Shown: in pieces, positions 10,866-22,939 of the stretch
How positions within the stretch are numbered: position 1 is the stretch's first letter
Layout of the letters: the number at the start of each line of letters is the position of its first letter
NCBI RefSeq assembly: GCF_004010195.1
Contig: NC_057718.1
Span: 83,090,215 to 83,121,326 of the forward strand
Source: Chiloscyllium plagiosum
Lineage: Eukaryota
DNA: 31,112 nt
Direction: 5' to 3'
Translations under genes and position numbers: made by a program
Notes under the pieces: generated by a model
What the model was told of the DNA's origin: nothing
Databases searched by the model: none
Seen by the model: the letters and a program-made list of their open reading frames with translations, nothing else

Positions 10866-10990
10866 ATCAGTTCTGAAGAGTGACTCAAAACATTAACTCT
10901 TCTTTCTCCTCATAGATGCTGCTTAGTTTTGCCAGAATTTTCTGCTTTTGGTTTCAGATTGCCAGCATCTGCAATTCTTTGTTTTATATT
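10866..10990 (+). mobile_element. Old Penelope-terminus-like repeat with degenerate hammerhead motif
   Basis: AGTT-CTGAAGA-GTGACTC-AAAAC-ATT-AACT (helix I AGTT/AACT kept, GAAA mutated), followed by GATGCTGC...CCAGCATCTGCA. Confidence 0.55.
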
Positions 10991-11080
10991 AATATAGGAA
11001 GGCTCTGGTTGCAAATTGGAAGTGTGTCTTTGGGAGTTGTAGAGGCTGTATCCCAAATCAGAAAACAGGTAGACTGAAAT

Positions 11081-11205
11081 CAGTGCTTAAAAATGTGTTG
11101 CTGGAAAAGCGCAGCAGGTCAGGCAGTATCAAAGGAACAGGAGAATCAACATTTCAGGCATAAGCCCTTCTTCTCTAGCATCTGCAGTCCTCACTTTCTC
11201 CTTCC
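11081..11205. mobile_element. Fold-back mini-element copy lacking most of the second arm
   Basis: One arm homologous to 2520-2600 joined to the inverted tail AGCATCTGCAGTCCTCACT. TSD AGACTGAAAT (11071-11080, 11206-11215). Confidence 0.8.
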
Positions 11206-11699
11206 AGACTGAAATGAGTGGCAAATTAAAAGGGAGAGGGGCCTAGAGATGGTTCAGCCAGGCAGAAGCTAAAAAGAAATTAAAGGCAGCATTCATCAGA
11301 AATGCTGCACTACCTGTCCCTCATGTGAAAGTTTAGGTCAAGCAATACATTTGACTACAAATTCAGACAGTTGTCCACACACAACTTTACAGGAAAAGTG
11401 AAATTTTAAGCAAATTTCATCTTAGTACAAATAGCAACAGAACCACTACAATGACAATGGGATTTGCATGCAAGGTGAGGCATTAAGTTTTCTTACAAAT
11501 CTTTGAGAAAATGAGGAAGGATAAAATAGAACACAATCAGTAGGATTCACTGTGGGTCAAGTTCTTCCAAGCCTTTTGGAAGCCGATTCTGAGATGGGGC
11601 TTGTAAAGGTGAATTCTAAAAAAGGTATGGGACCACAGTACCAAAAAAAGGTCATTTTTGAACTGACTAGGCTGTCAAAAACCTACTGACCTATGACGT

Positions 11700-12605
11700 A
11701 TCCTAGTTGTACAGCACAAACAGACCCTTCTGTCCAACTCACCTATACCAACCAGATCTTCCAAACTAATCTAGTCCCACTTGCCAATATCTAGCCATAT
11801 CCCTCCGAACCCTTCATGCTCAGATCCCCATCCAGATGCCTTTTAAATATTTAATTGTACTAGCCTCCACTACTTCTGGCAGTTCCTTCCATACATGCAC
11901 CAACCTCAAAAAAATTTGCCCCTCATGCCCCTTTTAAATCTTTCCCCTCTAACCTGTGGGTGGCACGGTGGCACAGTGGTTAGCACTGCTGCCTCACAGC
12001 GCCTGAGACCCGGGTTCAATTCCCGCCTCAGGCGACTGACTGTGTGGAGTTTGCACGTTCTCCCCGTGTCTGCGTGGGTTTCCTCCGGGTGCTCCGGTTT
12101 CCTCCCACAGTCCAAAAGATGTGCAGGGTCAGGTGAATTGGCCATGCTAAATTGCCCGTAGTGTTAGGTAAGGGGTAAATGTAGGGGTATGGGTGGGTTT
12201 CGCTTCGGCGGGTCGGTGTGGACTTGTTGGGCCGAAGGGCCTGTTTCCACACTGTAATCTAATCTAATCTAAAAATCTAATCTAAAAACCTTAAATATAT
12301 GCCTTCTACTTTTGCCTCTCCTACCCTGGGGAAAAATACCTTGGCAATTCAACCAATCCATACCCCTCAATTTTAATAAACCTCCAAAAAAGTCATCCCT
12401 CAGCTTCTGACACTCCGAGGGGAAAAAGCAGCCCTGGGTTTTACAGGCTCTCTCCGTAGCTCAAACCCACCAACATCCTTGCAAGTCTTCTCTATGCCCT
12501 TTCAAATTTAACATCTTTCCTACAACAGGAGGCCAGAATTGAATGCAGTATTCCAAAATGACCTAACCAATGCCTCATACAGCTGCAACATGACATCCCA
12601 ACTCC
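11700..12605 (-). mobile_element. CR1 LINE 3' fragment interrupted by a SINE
   Basis: Reverse-complement CR1 3' UTR and RT end on both sides of the SINE. Confidence 0.85.
11956..12286 (+). mobile_element. Young tRNA-derived V-SINE (HE1-like elasmobranch SINE)
   Basis: A box TGGCACAGTGG, B box GGTTCAATTCC, V domain TGTGTGGAGTTTGCACGTTCTCCCCGTGTCTGCGTGGGTTTCCTCCGGG, CR1-like tail, (TCTAA)n, TSD AACCT (11951-11955, 12287-12291), CpGs intact. Confidence 0.93.
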
Positions 12606-13835
12606 AAACTCTAAGCAGTGGCAATTCTCCTGGCATTGGCAGGGCTCCTCCATAAATACCCTCAACACTTAGGAGGGACCAGCTTCACAGGATGAGTTCA
12701 ACACTGCATGAGAAGTGAAGGTGTTTTGGTGGTAGCAAAGCTACCATCTTCCTGTATCTCAATCTTAATGATAAGTGAGGAATTTGGGGCAAGGAGGTCT
12801 CGAAACATGGGATTGATGATCATCTGTTCCCCCAACTCATGGCAGTTCTAGTGCTTCTTCCCCTCTTGTTTGTTGGGCCACAGCATTCACTGGTCACTTA
12901 GTAAAGAATCTAAGTCCCCAGCAGGCATCACCAGAACTCACTATCCATAATCAGACAGCAACCACACAAACAGGCCAGCACCTATAAAATTCAAATGCAA
13001 TGTGGAGTGCCCTCTCAGGGCCCAGCTGCTACATTCCTGGCACTTATGACAAAAGTATAGCCAAGTGTGTTGGTAGAATTGAAAAACGCAGTGCAACATA
13101 CAGCTCAGATGTCACAGTATAGCTTTTGCCCTTCACATTTCCCAGCTGATTCTGCCAAAAGCCACACTATATACAAATTTCCAGAATGTAGAGTGGAAAA
13201 CTGAAGTGAAAATGTCACAGGCCCTCATTGTTATTTATTTTGGACCCAAGGGTTGATTTATATGAAGGGACACAAAGTAAGGAATTAGCCAAGAGGCCAA
13301 AAATGTTTCAACTATGGAAGGAGAATGCAGCAGACAATACTTGCTCCATTAAAATGATCATCCAATGATGTATCAGCTTTCCTTCCATGTAAATAGGTGA
13401 TTCCAAAATGGCTGTATTCATGCTGGTTATGGTTCCCATAATAATTTGCAGACAGCAAGTGAATTTACAATCAACTCATCTTGATTCAATTACAAGTTAA
13501 CTGAATCAGAAATAAGAAACAATACAAATTTATCCATGTGTTAGCAGCTTCAACAATTCATTCTAGAGTTGGTGTTTCTAGGATAGTGTGGTTTATCAAT
13601 TCCATACATTTCGAAAAAACTGAAGCATATGATCAAAGTATACTTTCTGCACACTATGTTAAAGGTCAATTTTTCTCCATCCAATAGAAGCCCATTGAAA
13701 AAGGAGGACCTTAAAATTCCTTGAGGATGAAAAGCCTAATATTGCCAGTTTTCTAAACAGTAGGAGTTAGTGAACTTTCATGTTGGTCAAGAAATACCAC
13801 TGCCTCATTTACCAGGTAATTCAGAGTTTTATAGT

Positions 13836-13841
13836 TTTATT
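13836..13841 (-). terminator. Candidate polyadenylation signal of the cystatin gene
   Basis: AATAAA on the minus strand about 170 nt after the stop codon, with ATTAAA next to it at 13845-13850. Confidence 0.5.
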
Positions 13842-14012
13842 AGCTTTAATGGAAGCTACAGTAATTTTGGTATAGTGAGGCATTTAACATTCATGTTCAT
13901 GATTTAATTAAAGGCTAGAGCTGCTACTAGGATGCAGAAAAGTGGGAGTTTCCAGTGAATAAATTAAGCATTTAGTAACCAAATAAAATTAATTTGCTGC
14001 AACGCAGAAAAT

Positions 14013-14102
14013 TCAGTTGTTTGATGGTTTGCACATCTTGTTTTGCAGAGACGTTTCTTCAGCCCAAGCGATTGAAAGAACCTCAAATTTGCAAAAGGTT
14101 TT
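14013..14102 (-). CDS. cst3: Type 2 cystatin (cystatin C-like), exon 3
   Basis: Acceptor CTTTTCAG, phase 0, KTFCKFEVLSIAWAEETSLQNKMCKPSNN-stop. Second disulfide pair and the Trp of the L2 loop. Confidence 0.9.
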   Translation of the reverse strand, partial: KTFCKFEVLSIAWAEETSLQNKMCKPSNN

Positions 14103-15589
14103 CTGAAAAGTTAGATTAATAGTTGGAAGTTAGATTCATTCCACTGTTACACTAGATCATGCTACATACTATCCAGCAGGGTTGGTTTAAACAGAGAGGC
14201 TTTCTACTGATGTCATAGGAATTAGTTACAAGAGCTTAAAACAATCAATAAAACATGAGTCAACAAATATTTTGCCTTTAGTAGTGTTAAGATTACGTAG
14301 TATATTTCCAAGACAAAAGACCACTGCACAAGCAATTACCCAAATCAAGTTAAATTCAAGCTAGTTTCAGATCACAAAGTGACACCCTGTTGTGAATAAA
14401 TAGCCTGAATCTTTCTGGATAACAAAGCAAAGGTGGGGTAGTGGGTGGAGAGGATAGAAGTGAGGCTGACAAGACCAGGAGCGATGGAGGTGCCTGGCGG
14501 TTGTGAGGAATAAGCTCAGAGACAAAAAAGGAAAGTGGAGTGGGGAAGGAGGTTGCAAAGGGGAGTGAGCAGTTTAAATGTTTCAGATAATTACTCAGCC
14601 AACTGAAAAACCAGGAAACCTGACAACACTGAAGTCATGGATTCCTTGCAAATGAAGGTGCAGTCTCTAAGAGTGCAGAGCTTAGAGTTACTATATGGGG
14701 AAGGGAACAAATATGAAGAATGCACTATAATGAACAAGGTCAATTAGATAAACTTCATACTGCAAAGTTTTATAATAAACTGCATGTTCCTACATCTCAA
14801 AAGCAGATCAGACTGCATTACTTGAAATGTAATTACTGTTTTAGAGATGAACACAGCCATTCAGCTGATTTCAGTCGTCTGCAAAGATAATTTAGAGGCA
14901 TACATTTTTATCATACCAAATGCCAGTCTTTTGAAAAGACCATTTGTTGCTAATTTATGCCTATTATCTTGGACCAATTTAAATACCATGATATCTAAAA
15001 AAGTAGTGCTGTGGTTTTAAGGTTGACTATTCTGCTTCTGTGAGCAGAAATATGCTACAAGTCAACAAATATATAAAATACTAGTATGTAAATTCAGAAC
15101 AAAAGGAGCCCCTGAAAACCAAGTGTACTCCTCCAGAAAATTAAAGTCCTTGGAAGTATTAATTGCAACTTATATTGCTTACTTATGATTTGACACTGGA
15201 GCCTTTACATCTTACAATCCTGGCTCCATTTTGAATCCAATGATGACCAGAACCAGGTCTATGACAAGCACAATTCCAGGGAAGCTATGCCCCATTTATA
15301 ATGAACTGAAGACTCACTAAAGTCCACATTCAGTTCAATGTACCATTTGTAAGTGAACCAGTCAAACTCCATCAATGCATAGCCTCACTATGTCAATAAT
15401 ATTCACTTGCCTCCCTCACACCCACAACATTGCACACCCCTCTCCACCCTCACATCTCCCTGTTCCAGTGTTCGTTCCCCACAACCCTATCAAAAATCAG
15501 CTCGACAGAATCCAGGTGTTATGAAGGCTAGTTGGGTGAAGGGGTTTGAGTGCTGCTTGTGTGCAGAGAAGTATAAACAAACAATTAGG

Positions 15590-15785
15590 ACTGCAGTATG
15601 GAGAGCATTGCCAGGAAGAAGAGTAGCATTCTGGGTAACAGTTAGAGGTGGGAAGGGGAGGAAGCAGGCAGTGCAGGGATCCCCTGTGGTTGTTCCCCTC
15701 AACAAGAGCTATACCGCTTTGGATACTGGGGGGGGGGGGGGGCAGGGGTAGGGGGAGGGCCTAGCAGGGGGAAGCAGGGTAGTGT
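15590..15785 (+). mobile_element. CR1 ORF1 fragment
   Basis: WVTVRGGKGRKQAVQGSPVVVPLNKSYTALDT matches the CR1 ORF1 linker motif (WVTV...L.N.Y..L). Confidence 0.7.
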
Positions 15786-16767
15786 TTCACACAATTAGGC
15801 ACTCAAATGTAAATCGCATTCAAGAATGTCAGTGGTAAATGTTGAACAGGACAGGTGGGCATGCACAGCTTTTGCTTTTGCAAAATTACAATTCCTACCG
15901 ATTCCTTAATAAGTGTAATGTTTGAAAAGAAGCATGACAATAGAAACATATTAAATTACATTTTCCATTTATTGGATCTTTTTTTTCTATTTTCAGCCTC
16001 TTATTAAGAAACAATTCTGTTCTGATGTAAGGGCAATAAATTTGCTTCACCATGTGAATATTGCAGAATAGCAATTATTTTGGCGGTTTATGAAAGGCAT
16101 CTGGAAAATGTTTATGTCTATGAATATGAGCATAGGATCTTGAATCAAAGTATTCATTTATTTTCGTGTTCAACAATATTCCCAAGGTAAATTATTGAGT
16201 TGTGACATAAAAATGATATTTGAGAATGCTGTGTTTTTAGGAGAGGGGCCTTTCAGATGTTTATGAAACCTTTTGAAGTTTGGTTTGGAATAAATATTTC
16301 ATGTCATCACTGACATGTGCATTTTGCTGGTTTGGCTGATTTTAACATTTTTGAATAATGGTTATACACAGTGTACACGTTTCATGTGGAGCCATTTTGG
16401 TATGCTACAGTGCTGTTAGTTTTATTTGATGCTCCTCATAGCCATTAAAATTGCAGCATAGTTTATTGTTGTATTATACTTGACTTTCTGGAATATGTTT
16501 TAGGATGTTCTCTGCTGTTTTTATTTTTCTTGCTGTACATGAATTTTTGCATTCTTTTTACTTTTCTATTCATACCTGAAATAAGGCCTTTGAGAGTTTG
16601 GTTCCAGTGGCCATGTTGCAATGACTTAATCTGTCTGATTTCATTTCCAGAATGATTAAATTGATGTCTAGCAGTAATAGCAAAGAAAGAAGTATCAATT
16701 GAGGTTAAGTACATACAGGTGGAGTCATTCAGTGGTTTCTTGAGTGCATATAAAGTGATACCTGGGC

Positions 16768-16880
16768 TATGGTGTCACAATGGTAGTGTCCCTAACACTG
16801 GGCTAGGAGATCCAGTTCAAGTCCCATTTGCTCCATAAGGGGTGTCCTAAAATCTTGAACAGATTGATTAGAAAATATTT
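16768..16880 (+). mobile_element. Degenerate short tRNA-derived SINE
   Basis: A-box-like TGGTGTCACAATGG and B-box-like GTTCAAGTCC at tRNA-like spacing. Confidence 0.45.
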
Positions 16881-17756
16881 ATGAAGTGATACTGTAACAG
16901 GTGTGGAATCAGGAAATATAATACCTTTAATGTTTTACGCTGTGACTGAATTTGTTCTAAACAAAAGATTGGTTAAGGTTTCTTCAGCATCTGGCTAACA
17001 GAAGTATAACAACGTAACTTCTGGATATTCCGAGGAAATTTATAACCTATAAACATTTTCAAAATGTAGGTGCTGTTGTGTTCTCAAAGGATTGATCATT
17101 GGCGCCCTCCTATTTGTCATCTATATGTTTGACCTTGGTAATGTCATCCAAAATCATTTCCACATGTATGCTGGCAACACCTAGCTTTATTTCACTACCA
17201 CTTATTTTACCAACACTTTGGTTGTTCCTATATTGTCAAACTGCTTATCTGACAGGCAACATTAGTTTAGTTTAGATTAGATTAGATTGAGAAGAAATTT
17301 CCTCCAACTAAATCATGGAAACACTGATGCCATTGTCAAAAGATGTTCCCTAGTCATTGGCTCTCTTTCTTGCAACTATCAGAGTCTGTCTGACCCAGGC
17401 AATTCTCAACCTGGTTTAATATTTGATTCGAAGATGAGCTTCTGACCACACATCTGTATCATCTCTCAAAGTCCATATCCACCCCCATACCGTTGCCCAA
17501 TATCTTCTCAGAATTGGCCCAGCAGTGGAAAATGGTGCGTAAAGAGTGACATCTTCAACATTGGTAGGATCTGGTGTGCACAGCGGCAAGGTGGTGGAGG
17601 AAGCATGGCGGCACAGGCATTGTTGATGGTGAGCTGGCTCAGGATTGATGGACTCTCTCAGCTATATATTAGTTCTTATTCTTAAAATTATTTAAAATAG
17701 TGCCAGATTGTGACGACAGTGGAAATACTGTAAAATACACATGACAATAAAATCAA

Positions 17757-17808
17757 CCATCTCTCCCTCCTTCCCTCCCTCCCTCCCTCCATCAATCCAT
17801 CCATCCAA
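17757..17808. repeat. (CCCT)n/(CCAT)n microsatellite
   Basis: Directly visible. Confidence 0.85.
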
Positions 17809-17996
17809 CTCCTCATTTAAGTTTCTGTTGCCTTACATTTGACTACTGCACCACATTCCTGGCTGGCTCCCAAGTTAAGCATTAAAATATTCCAAGCCTT
17901 GTGGTCCATCTTCTAACTCTCACCAATTTCCATTTAATTAGACCACCCACGTGCTCCTACATGGTTAGCTCCTTGTTAACTAACACTTGATTTTCA

Positions 17997-18198
17997 TGAT
18001 TTGGAGGTGCCGCTGTTGGACTGGGGTGTACAAAGTTAAAAATCTCGCAACACCAGGTGATAGTCCAACAGGTTTATTAGCAGCACTGGCTTTCAGAGAG
18101 CTGCTCCTTCACAACCATCTGATGAAGGAGCAGCGCTCAGAAAGCTAGTGCTTCTAAATAAACCTGTTGGACAATAACCTGGTGTCGTGTGATTTTTA
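17997..18198. mobile_element. Second family of fold-back mini-element with hammerhead motif
   Basis: Imperfect inverted arms (about 18033-18111 and 18123-18202). 12-bp TSD ACTTGATTTTCA (17985-17996, 18199-18210). Confidence 0.85.
18116..18150 (+). ncRNA. Putative minimal type I hammerhead ribozyme
   Basis: CAT-CTGATGA-AG-GAGC-AGC-GCTC-A-GAAA-GCTA-GTG: helix I CAT/GTG, stem II GAGC/GCTC, palindromic AGCT helix III, CTA triplet. Confidence 0.65.
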
Positions 18199-18614
18199 AC
18201 TTGATTTTCAAATTCTCATCCTTTATTTTCATGCTATTATCCTTCCCTATTTTGGTAATCTTGTCCAACCCTTAGAGATATCTCCAATTTTGGCCTCTTG
18301 AGCATCCTCATATGTAAGCAAAATACTATTTTAAACACATCTCTTTGATCAATTGCCCCTAATATTTCCTTAGGTAACCCAAATTAAATTTTATTTGATA
18401 TTGCTCCATCAAGTTCTTTGGAACAGTTTATTACTTTGAATGCAAGTTGTTCCAGTTGTTGTTGTAGCAAGTGCAATTACTTTTGCATAGCACGTTCCTA
18501 CAAATAAGAAATGACCAAGTTACCTGGTTTGAGGTATTAGCTGAGACACAAATGTTAGCGAAGACATTGTGAAAATTTCCCCCATCAAACAGTGGAGTGG
18601 CACCTTTTAAACAT

Positions 18615-18795
18615 CAGCTCTGGCTTAGTTGGTGGCACTTTTGCCTGAGTCAGAAGTTTGTGGGTTCTAGTCCCATTACTGGATTTGAGCACTAAATCAA
18701 AACTGATATTCCAGTGCAGTTCTGCCGTGCTTGCTATACTGTTGGAGGTGCTGTCTTTTGGATGAGGTGCTAAACTGAGGCATTTCCTGCTATCT
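18615..18795 (+). mobile_element. DeuSINE-like SINE 5' half, cut by a CR1 insertion
   Basis: tRNA-like head (TGGCTTAGTTGG...GGTTCTAGTCC) and Deu-domain-like TGTTGGAGGTGCTGTCTTTTGGATGAGGTGCTAAACTGAGG. Confidence 0.65.
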
Positions 18796-19497
18796 TGAAT
18801 GCGGAATACAGGGTTAATGGTAGGGTTCTTAGTCAGGTGGAGGAACAGAGGGATCTTGGGGTCTATGTTCATAGATCTTTGAAAGTTGCTACTCAGGTGG
18901 ATAGAGCTTGTAAGAAGGCCTATGGTGTTTTAGCGTTCATTAGCAGCGGGATTGAATTCAAGAGTCGTGAAGTGATGTTGCAACTGTACAGGACTTTGTT
19001 TAGGCCACATTTGGAGTACTGTGTGCAGTTCTGGTCGCCTCACTTTAGGAAAGGTGTGGAAGCTTTGGAGAGGGTGCAGAGAAGATTTACCAGGATTTTG
19101 CCTGGAATGGAGAATAGGTCGTACGAGGATAGGTTGAGAGTGCTAGGACTTTTCTCGTTGGAACGGCGAAGGATGAGGGGTGACTTGATAGAGGTTTATA
19201 AGATGATCAGAGGAATAGATAGAGTAGACAGTCAGAAACTTTTTCCCCGGGTACAACAGAGTTTTACAAGGGGACATAAATTTAAGGTGAAGGGTGGAAG
19301 GTATAGTGGAGGATGTCAGGCGTAGGTTCTTTACCCAGAGAGTGGTGGGGTCATGGAATGCGCTGCCTGTGGGAGTGGCAGAGTCAGAATCATTGGTGAC
19401 CTTTAAGCAGCAATTGGATAGGTGCTTAAGCTAGGACAAATGTTCGGCACAACATCGTGGGCCAAAGGGCCTGTTAGGTGCTGTATTGTTCTATTCT
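18796..19497 (+). mobile_element. Young 5'-truncated CR1 LINE with open RT C-terminal frame
   Basis: 176-aa open frame with RDLGV, RPHLEYCVQFWSP, LERVQRRFT, LGLFSLERRRMRGDLIEVYK. TGTTCTA-like tail. Confidence 0.95.
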
Positions 19498-20557
19498 GAG
19501 GATGCTGAGCTGTTTCAGCAGTGGAACAAACTATGTTCCTGAAGCATTTTGATACTACTTCATGAACAGGCTTTATACTTGCCAAGAAAAATTACTAAAT
19601 TTGTGTAAAGACCAGATAAGCATAGGACACTAAACCTGCATGGCTGTGGCTGCTTAATCCCACTGTTTTATGTGAAAATGCAGCAATTCAAAGTGTTAAT
19701 ATCCCACACAAGTACTGCACTTACATGTCAACTTTCCCAGGGTTCCAAGACGGACTAGCAACTTTAGTCACTTGCCACTTTCTACATCAAGAGATTCAGG
19801 ACAGTGATATTTATCATACACATCAGTAGTGTTTTACTAAAAGGTGGTCAGAGTTTAAAATAATTGTACCATATAGTAGGGATTACAGGTAGTGAGATCA
19901 AGCCAGAAGCAATTACATCTCCAGAATAATTAGAAGTTCCCATGAAAATTTTGCAATTTTACCTTCTTTCCTCCTTGTTAGCTCCCATCATTTCAGACAA
20001 TTAAATTTAGACTCTTCTGCCCTGCACTCAATAATCATGCTCTCATAAGTCATAAATGTACCAGATAAGTTCAAGTCAGAGCTAGCTTCAAAAATTTGAA
20101 GATTGCAATTTGACCTCAAGTAATGCTGGAGACTATTTTCATTGAGGGCACACAAATTCCCTTCTCGCCCCTTCCACATCCCTCCCCAGGATAATTCCTG
20201 CTCTTATAAAAAGAGTGTACACCTTACACTGTATATAAAGGAAATAAGTGGTAAGGCTCCTTCCATCTAAACACTTGGAGAAGTTTGCAGGATTTGTGCA
20301 AAATACAGATATTTTGTTTTGCTTCCGTTAGTGATCCAAAATCAACCAAGATTCTGCTCAGAGACCATTCATTCAGTTTAAAAGAATCCAAATAAAACAA
20401 GCATTTGACTTAAATGGAATTCAGATTGCATTGGAAATGGTATAAAGTTTGGACTGTTTGAAATGGATACAATTAATTCTAGTTATTAATAGAGACTACT
20501 AATTAGATCCCAAAATCCACAAGTGTTCTATTATCATAAATGAACATAAAGCCTTAC

Positions 20558-20665
20558 ATGTGATGTTTCACTGAAATTGCAAGTTTCCAAATCATGAACC
20601 TGTCCTTGTTTGCATTGGGTTCTCCCCAATTCAACTTCAAATGTGTACTTCACCCCAGCAACAAT
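20558..20665 (-). CDS. cst3: Type 2 cystatin (cystatin C-like), exon 2
   Basis: AG...GT bounded, 108 nt, phase 0/0, IVAGVKYTFEVELGRTQCKQGQVHDLETCNFSETSH. Completes QxVxG (QIVAG) across the junction and holds the first disulfide pair. Confidence 0.95.
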
Positions 20666-20814
20666 CTGAAAAGGAAGAAAGCAAAATGTTTAAGAAAATA
20701 ATCAAGCCCAGTTTAGAAACAAAAATCCATGGAAGCATCAACTAAAATATAAGATTCATTTTATGCAACAACAAAAAAAATCCACATGACAATTTCTGCT
20801 CAAAATTACCAGCA

Positions 20815-21004
20815 AGAGGAAATGGTGGAGGCTGCTACAATTACAATATTTAAAAGACATCTAGATAGGTATATGAATAGAAATGGTTTATAGGAATATG
20901 GGCCAGTGATGGCAAATGGGACTAGATTTATTTAGAATCTGGACAGCCTTGACAAGTTGGGCCAAAGGGCCTGTTTCCATGTTGTATATCTGATTCTATG
21001 ACTA
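20815..21004 (+). mobile_element. CR1 3' end
   Basis: Homologous to 2935-3116. Confidence 0.85.
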
Positions 21005-21703
21005 ATCTGAATTAAGCAGTGGGCAAAGAAGAATTAGGAAAACTTTTAAAGTTTGAATTAGACAACTAACCTTTCAGCTACATTTAACCTTCACAAATTT
21101 GGGTTCCCATGGCCTCCGTTACCACAATTAATGCTGCTTTCAGGTCATTAAGATAAGTGAAACTAAAGGCTTCCCTATACACACAATTTGCAAACTGTGA
21201 TTGAGTGAAAGTTAATGGTGCAACTTGTAGCACAAAATCAAAGATTCAATTGTGATTGCTAGGTTACCATTAATTATTAAGTTCACGTTACCGTAGTCTC
21301 TTGCGTTCCCAATGCCTCACCTGTTCCCTCTAATCAGATTGTGGGCTCCACTCTAGAAAACGTGAATGTAAAGGAAGCTAATTTTCAGGGCAGCACTGAA
21401 GTCCTGCATTGTGGATAAGATAATAAATCTAAATGCTGTCTCAATTGGCCATAAAAACATCTATAAATAGTTATCCAATTAGTCCATGCCCTGGCCATTA
21501 TGTAACTGCATAGCCAACATCTGTAAAATAGATAGTTTACTCAGCTTATTATTTGCCATATTTTAATAATTACAACCACTTGAGCACCTTTGAAGTGGAA
21601 AGCACTTTGGGTCAAACAAGTTAGTTATTTCCTACCAATACTTACGGCGGGATAAATAGGAACACTAGGGTCATGGACTAAAGTATGACAATAAAATCAT
21701 CTC

Positions 21704-21858
21704 CAGAGGAACCTTGATTATCCAAATGACATGGACAGGGAGTATTTCATTCGGTTAGTCGAATGCTAGATAAGTTAGCCACACAGCAGGACTTGGTGAT
21801 CTTGTTTGGATAATCTGGAATTTGGTTAATCGAATGCCAGATAATCAAGATTCCTCTG
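21704..21858. mobile_element. 155-bp MITE with Tigger/pogo-like TIRs
   Basis: CAGAGGAACCTTGATTATC ... GATAATCAAGATTCCTCTG followed by TA. The left TA is mutated. Confidence 0.8.
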
Positions 21859-22939
21859 TACATAGAACTAGTTACTATCTGGTCATAATTTTGCCACTTG
21901 CAATAGGGTTTCATGACAAATAAATATTAGCCTCTGTACCAGGGAGAGTGAATTAGTGAATCGGTTCTATTATGCAACTAAGCCTGGGTAAAATACCTCA
22001 ACAGTAATTTGACATCTCCAAGCATGCAGCACTTCCAGAACTGCACTGGGGTCAGTATGGAGTTGCATCCACAGCCTCTGAAGTGACACTTGAGCCCACA
22101 AACCCCTGAGGACACAGATTTAAGGTAACTGGCAAGAAAGAGGAGTGTGATTCAAAACTTCTTTTTTTCTTAAAATGATTTTTGAATGCACAGTTTGAGA
22201 ATTTGGTGAGCAGATATCTAAACTTTGAAAGAATTTTGGACATGTACTTGGAGGGGGAGCTAAATGGCAGGGCTATGGGACAAAACAGAATAGAACAATT
22301 AGAACTGAGACAAATGGGCTGCATGACCTCTTCCAATGCAAACCACTTTCATGTCTTCAGAACTGACAACAGAAGGAACAAATATTAATACAAACAGAAG
22401 GGAAGGAGGACAAGATAACAATATGGGCAAATTGTTGCAACAGATCTATCAAGTTATGAACAAAAGGCATTGAGGACTTAGATTAGAGGCAAAAGACTTG
22501 CCAATCACTAGTTTCTATTGACAGGACATGGGGAATCCAGTTTGAAGGTGAAACTAAGTAGCAGGATCACCAGCTCTAGAAAAATAAAGACCATCGGGGT
22601 GTACAATACCATCTTGCTATATTGAAATTTCCACCTCACCAACATTGACCCTTTTAATTTGTCATTCCATCCGCCTCCTCAGGTGGGTGGAAGACTTCAT
22701 TCTAGTATTCAAAAAAAAAAGTCAATTACAAGGAAACAGATACTTGATATTACTCAGTGCTATAGTTACTTATTCAAACAAACTTGAACACAATTTGGTT
22801 CCATCTAAAACCATCGAACCTGGAAGGGAATTCCACGTTCAACTCTATGGTTTTTCAGTTCTGATGTCTACTGTTGCTCTGTTAGGAGTCTATATTGTAT
22901 CTATTTCCCATCATTGCTCATCATCCAACTACTGGTCAG

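Larger units (their letters stand above)
17075..18450 (+). mobile_element. Old L2-like LINE remnant with nested insertions
   Basis: Degenerate RT motifs: G.IIGALLFVIYM near 17090 and FHMYAGNT.LY (YADD region) near 17158. Confidence 0.6.

Noticed and set aside
11490..11600. Possible relic cystatin exon 2 (LGRT on the minus strand, AG/GT bounded)
   Set aside because: No VxG motif or cysteine spacing, and it contains stops. Indistinguishable from chance.
11956..12030. tRNA gene
   Set aside because: The A and B boxes belong to a SINE head followed by a V domain and a LINE-like tail.
15727..15780. Poly-G run with G-quadruplex potential
   Set aside because: An expanded homopolymer inside a CR1 ORF1 fragment with no evidence of function.
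18795..19325. 176-aa ORF as a host gene
   Set aside because: It is the C-terminus of CR1 ORF2 in a 5'-truncated copy with no ATG start or promoter.
21335..21615. Very degenerate DeuSINE-like sequence
   Set aside because: Similarity is too faint to support without an alignment.
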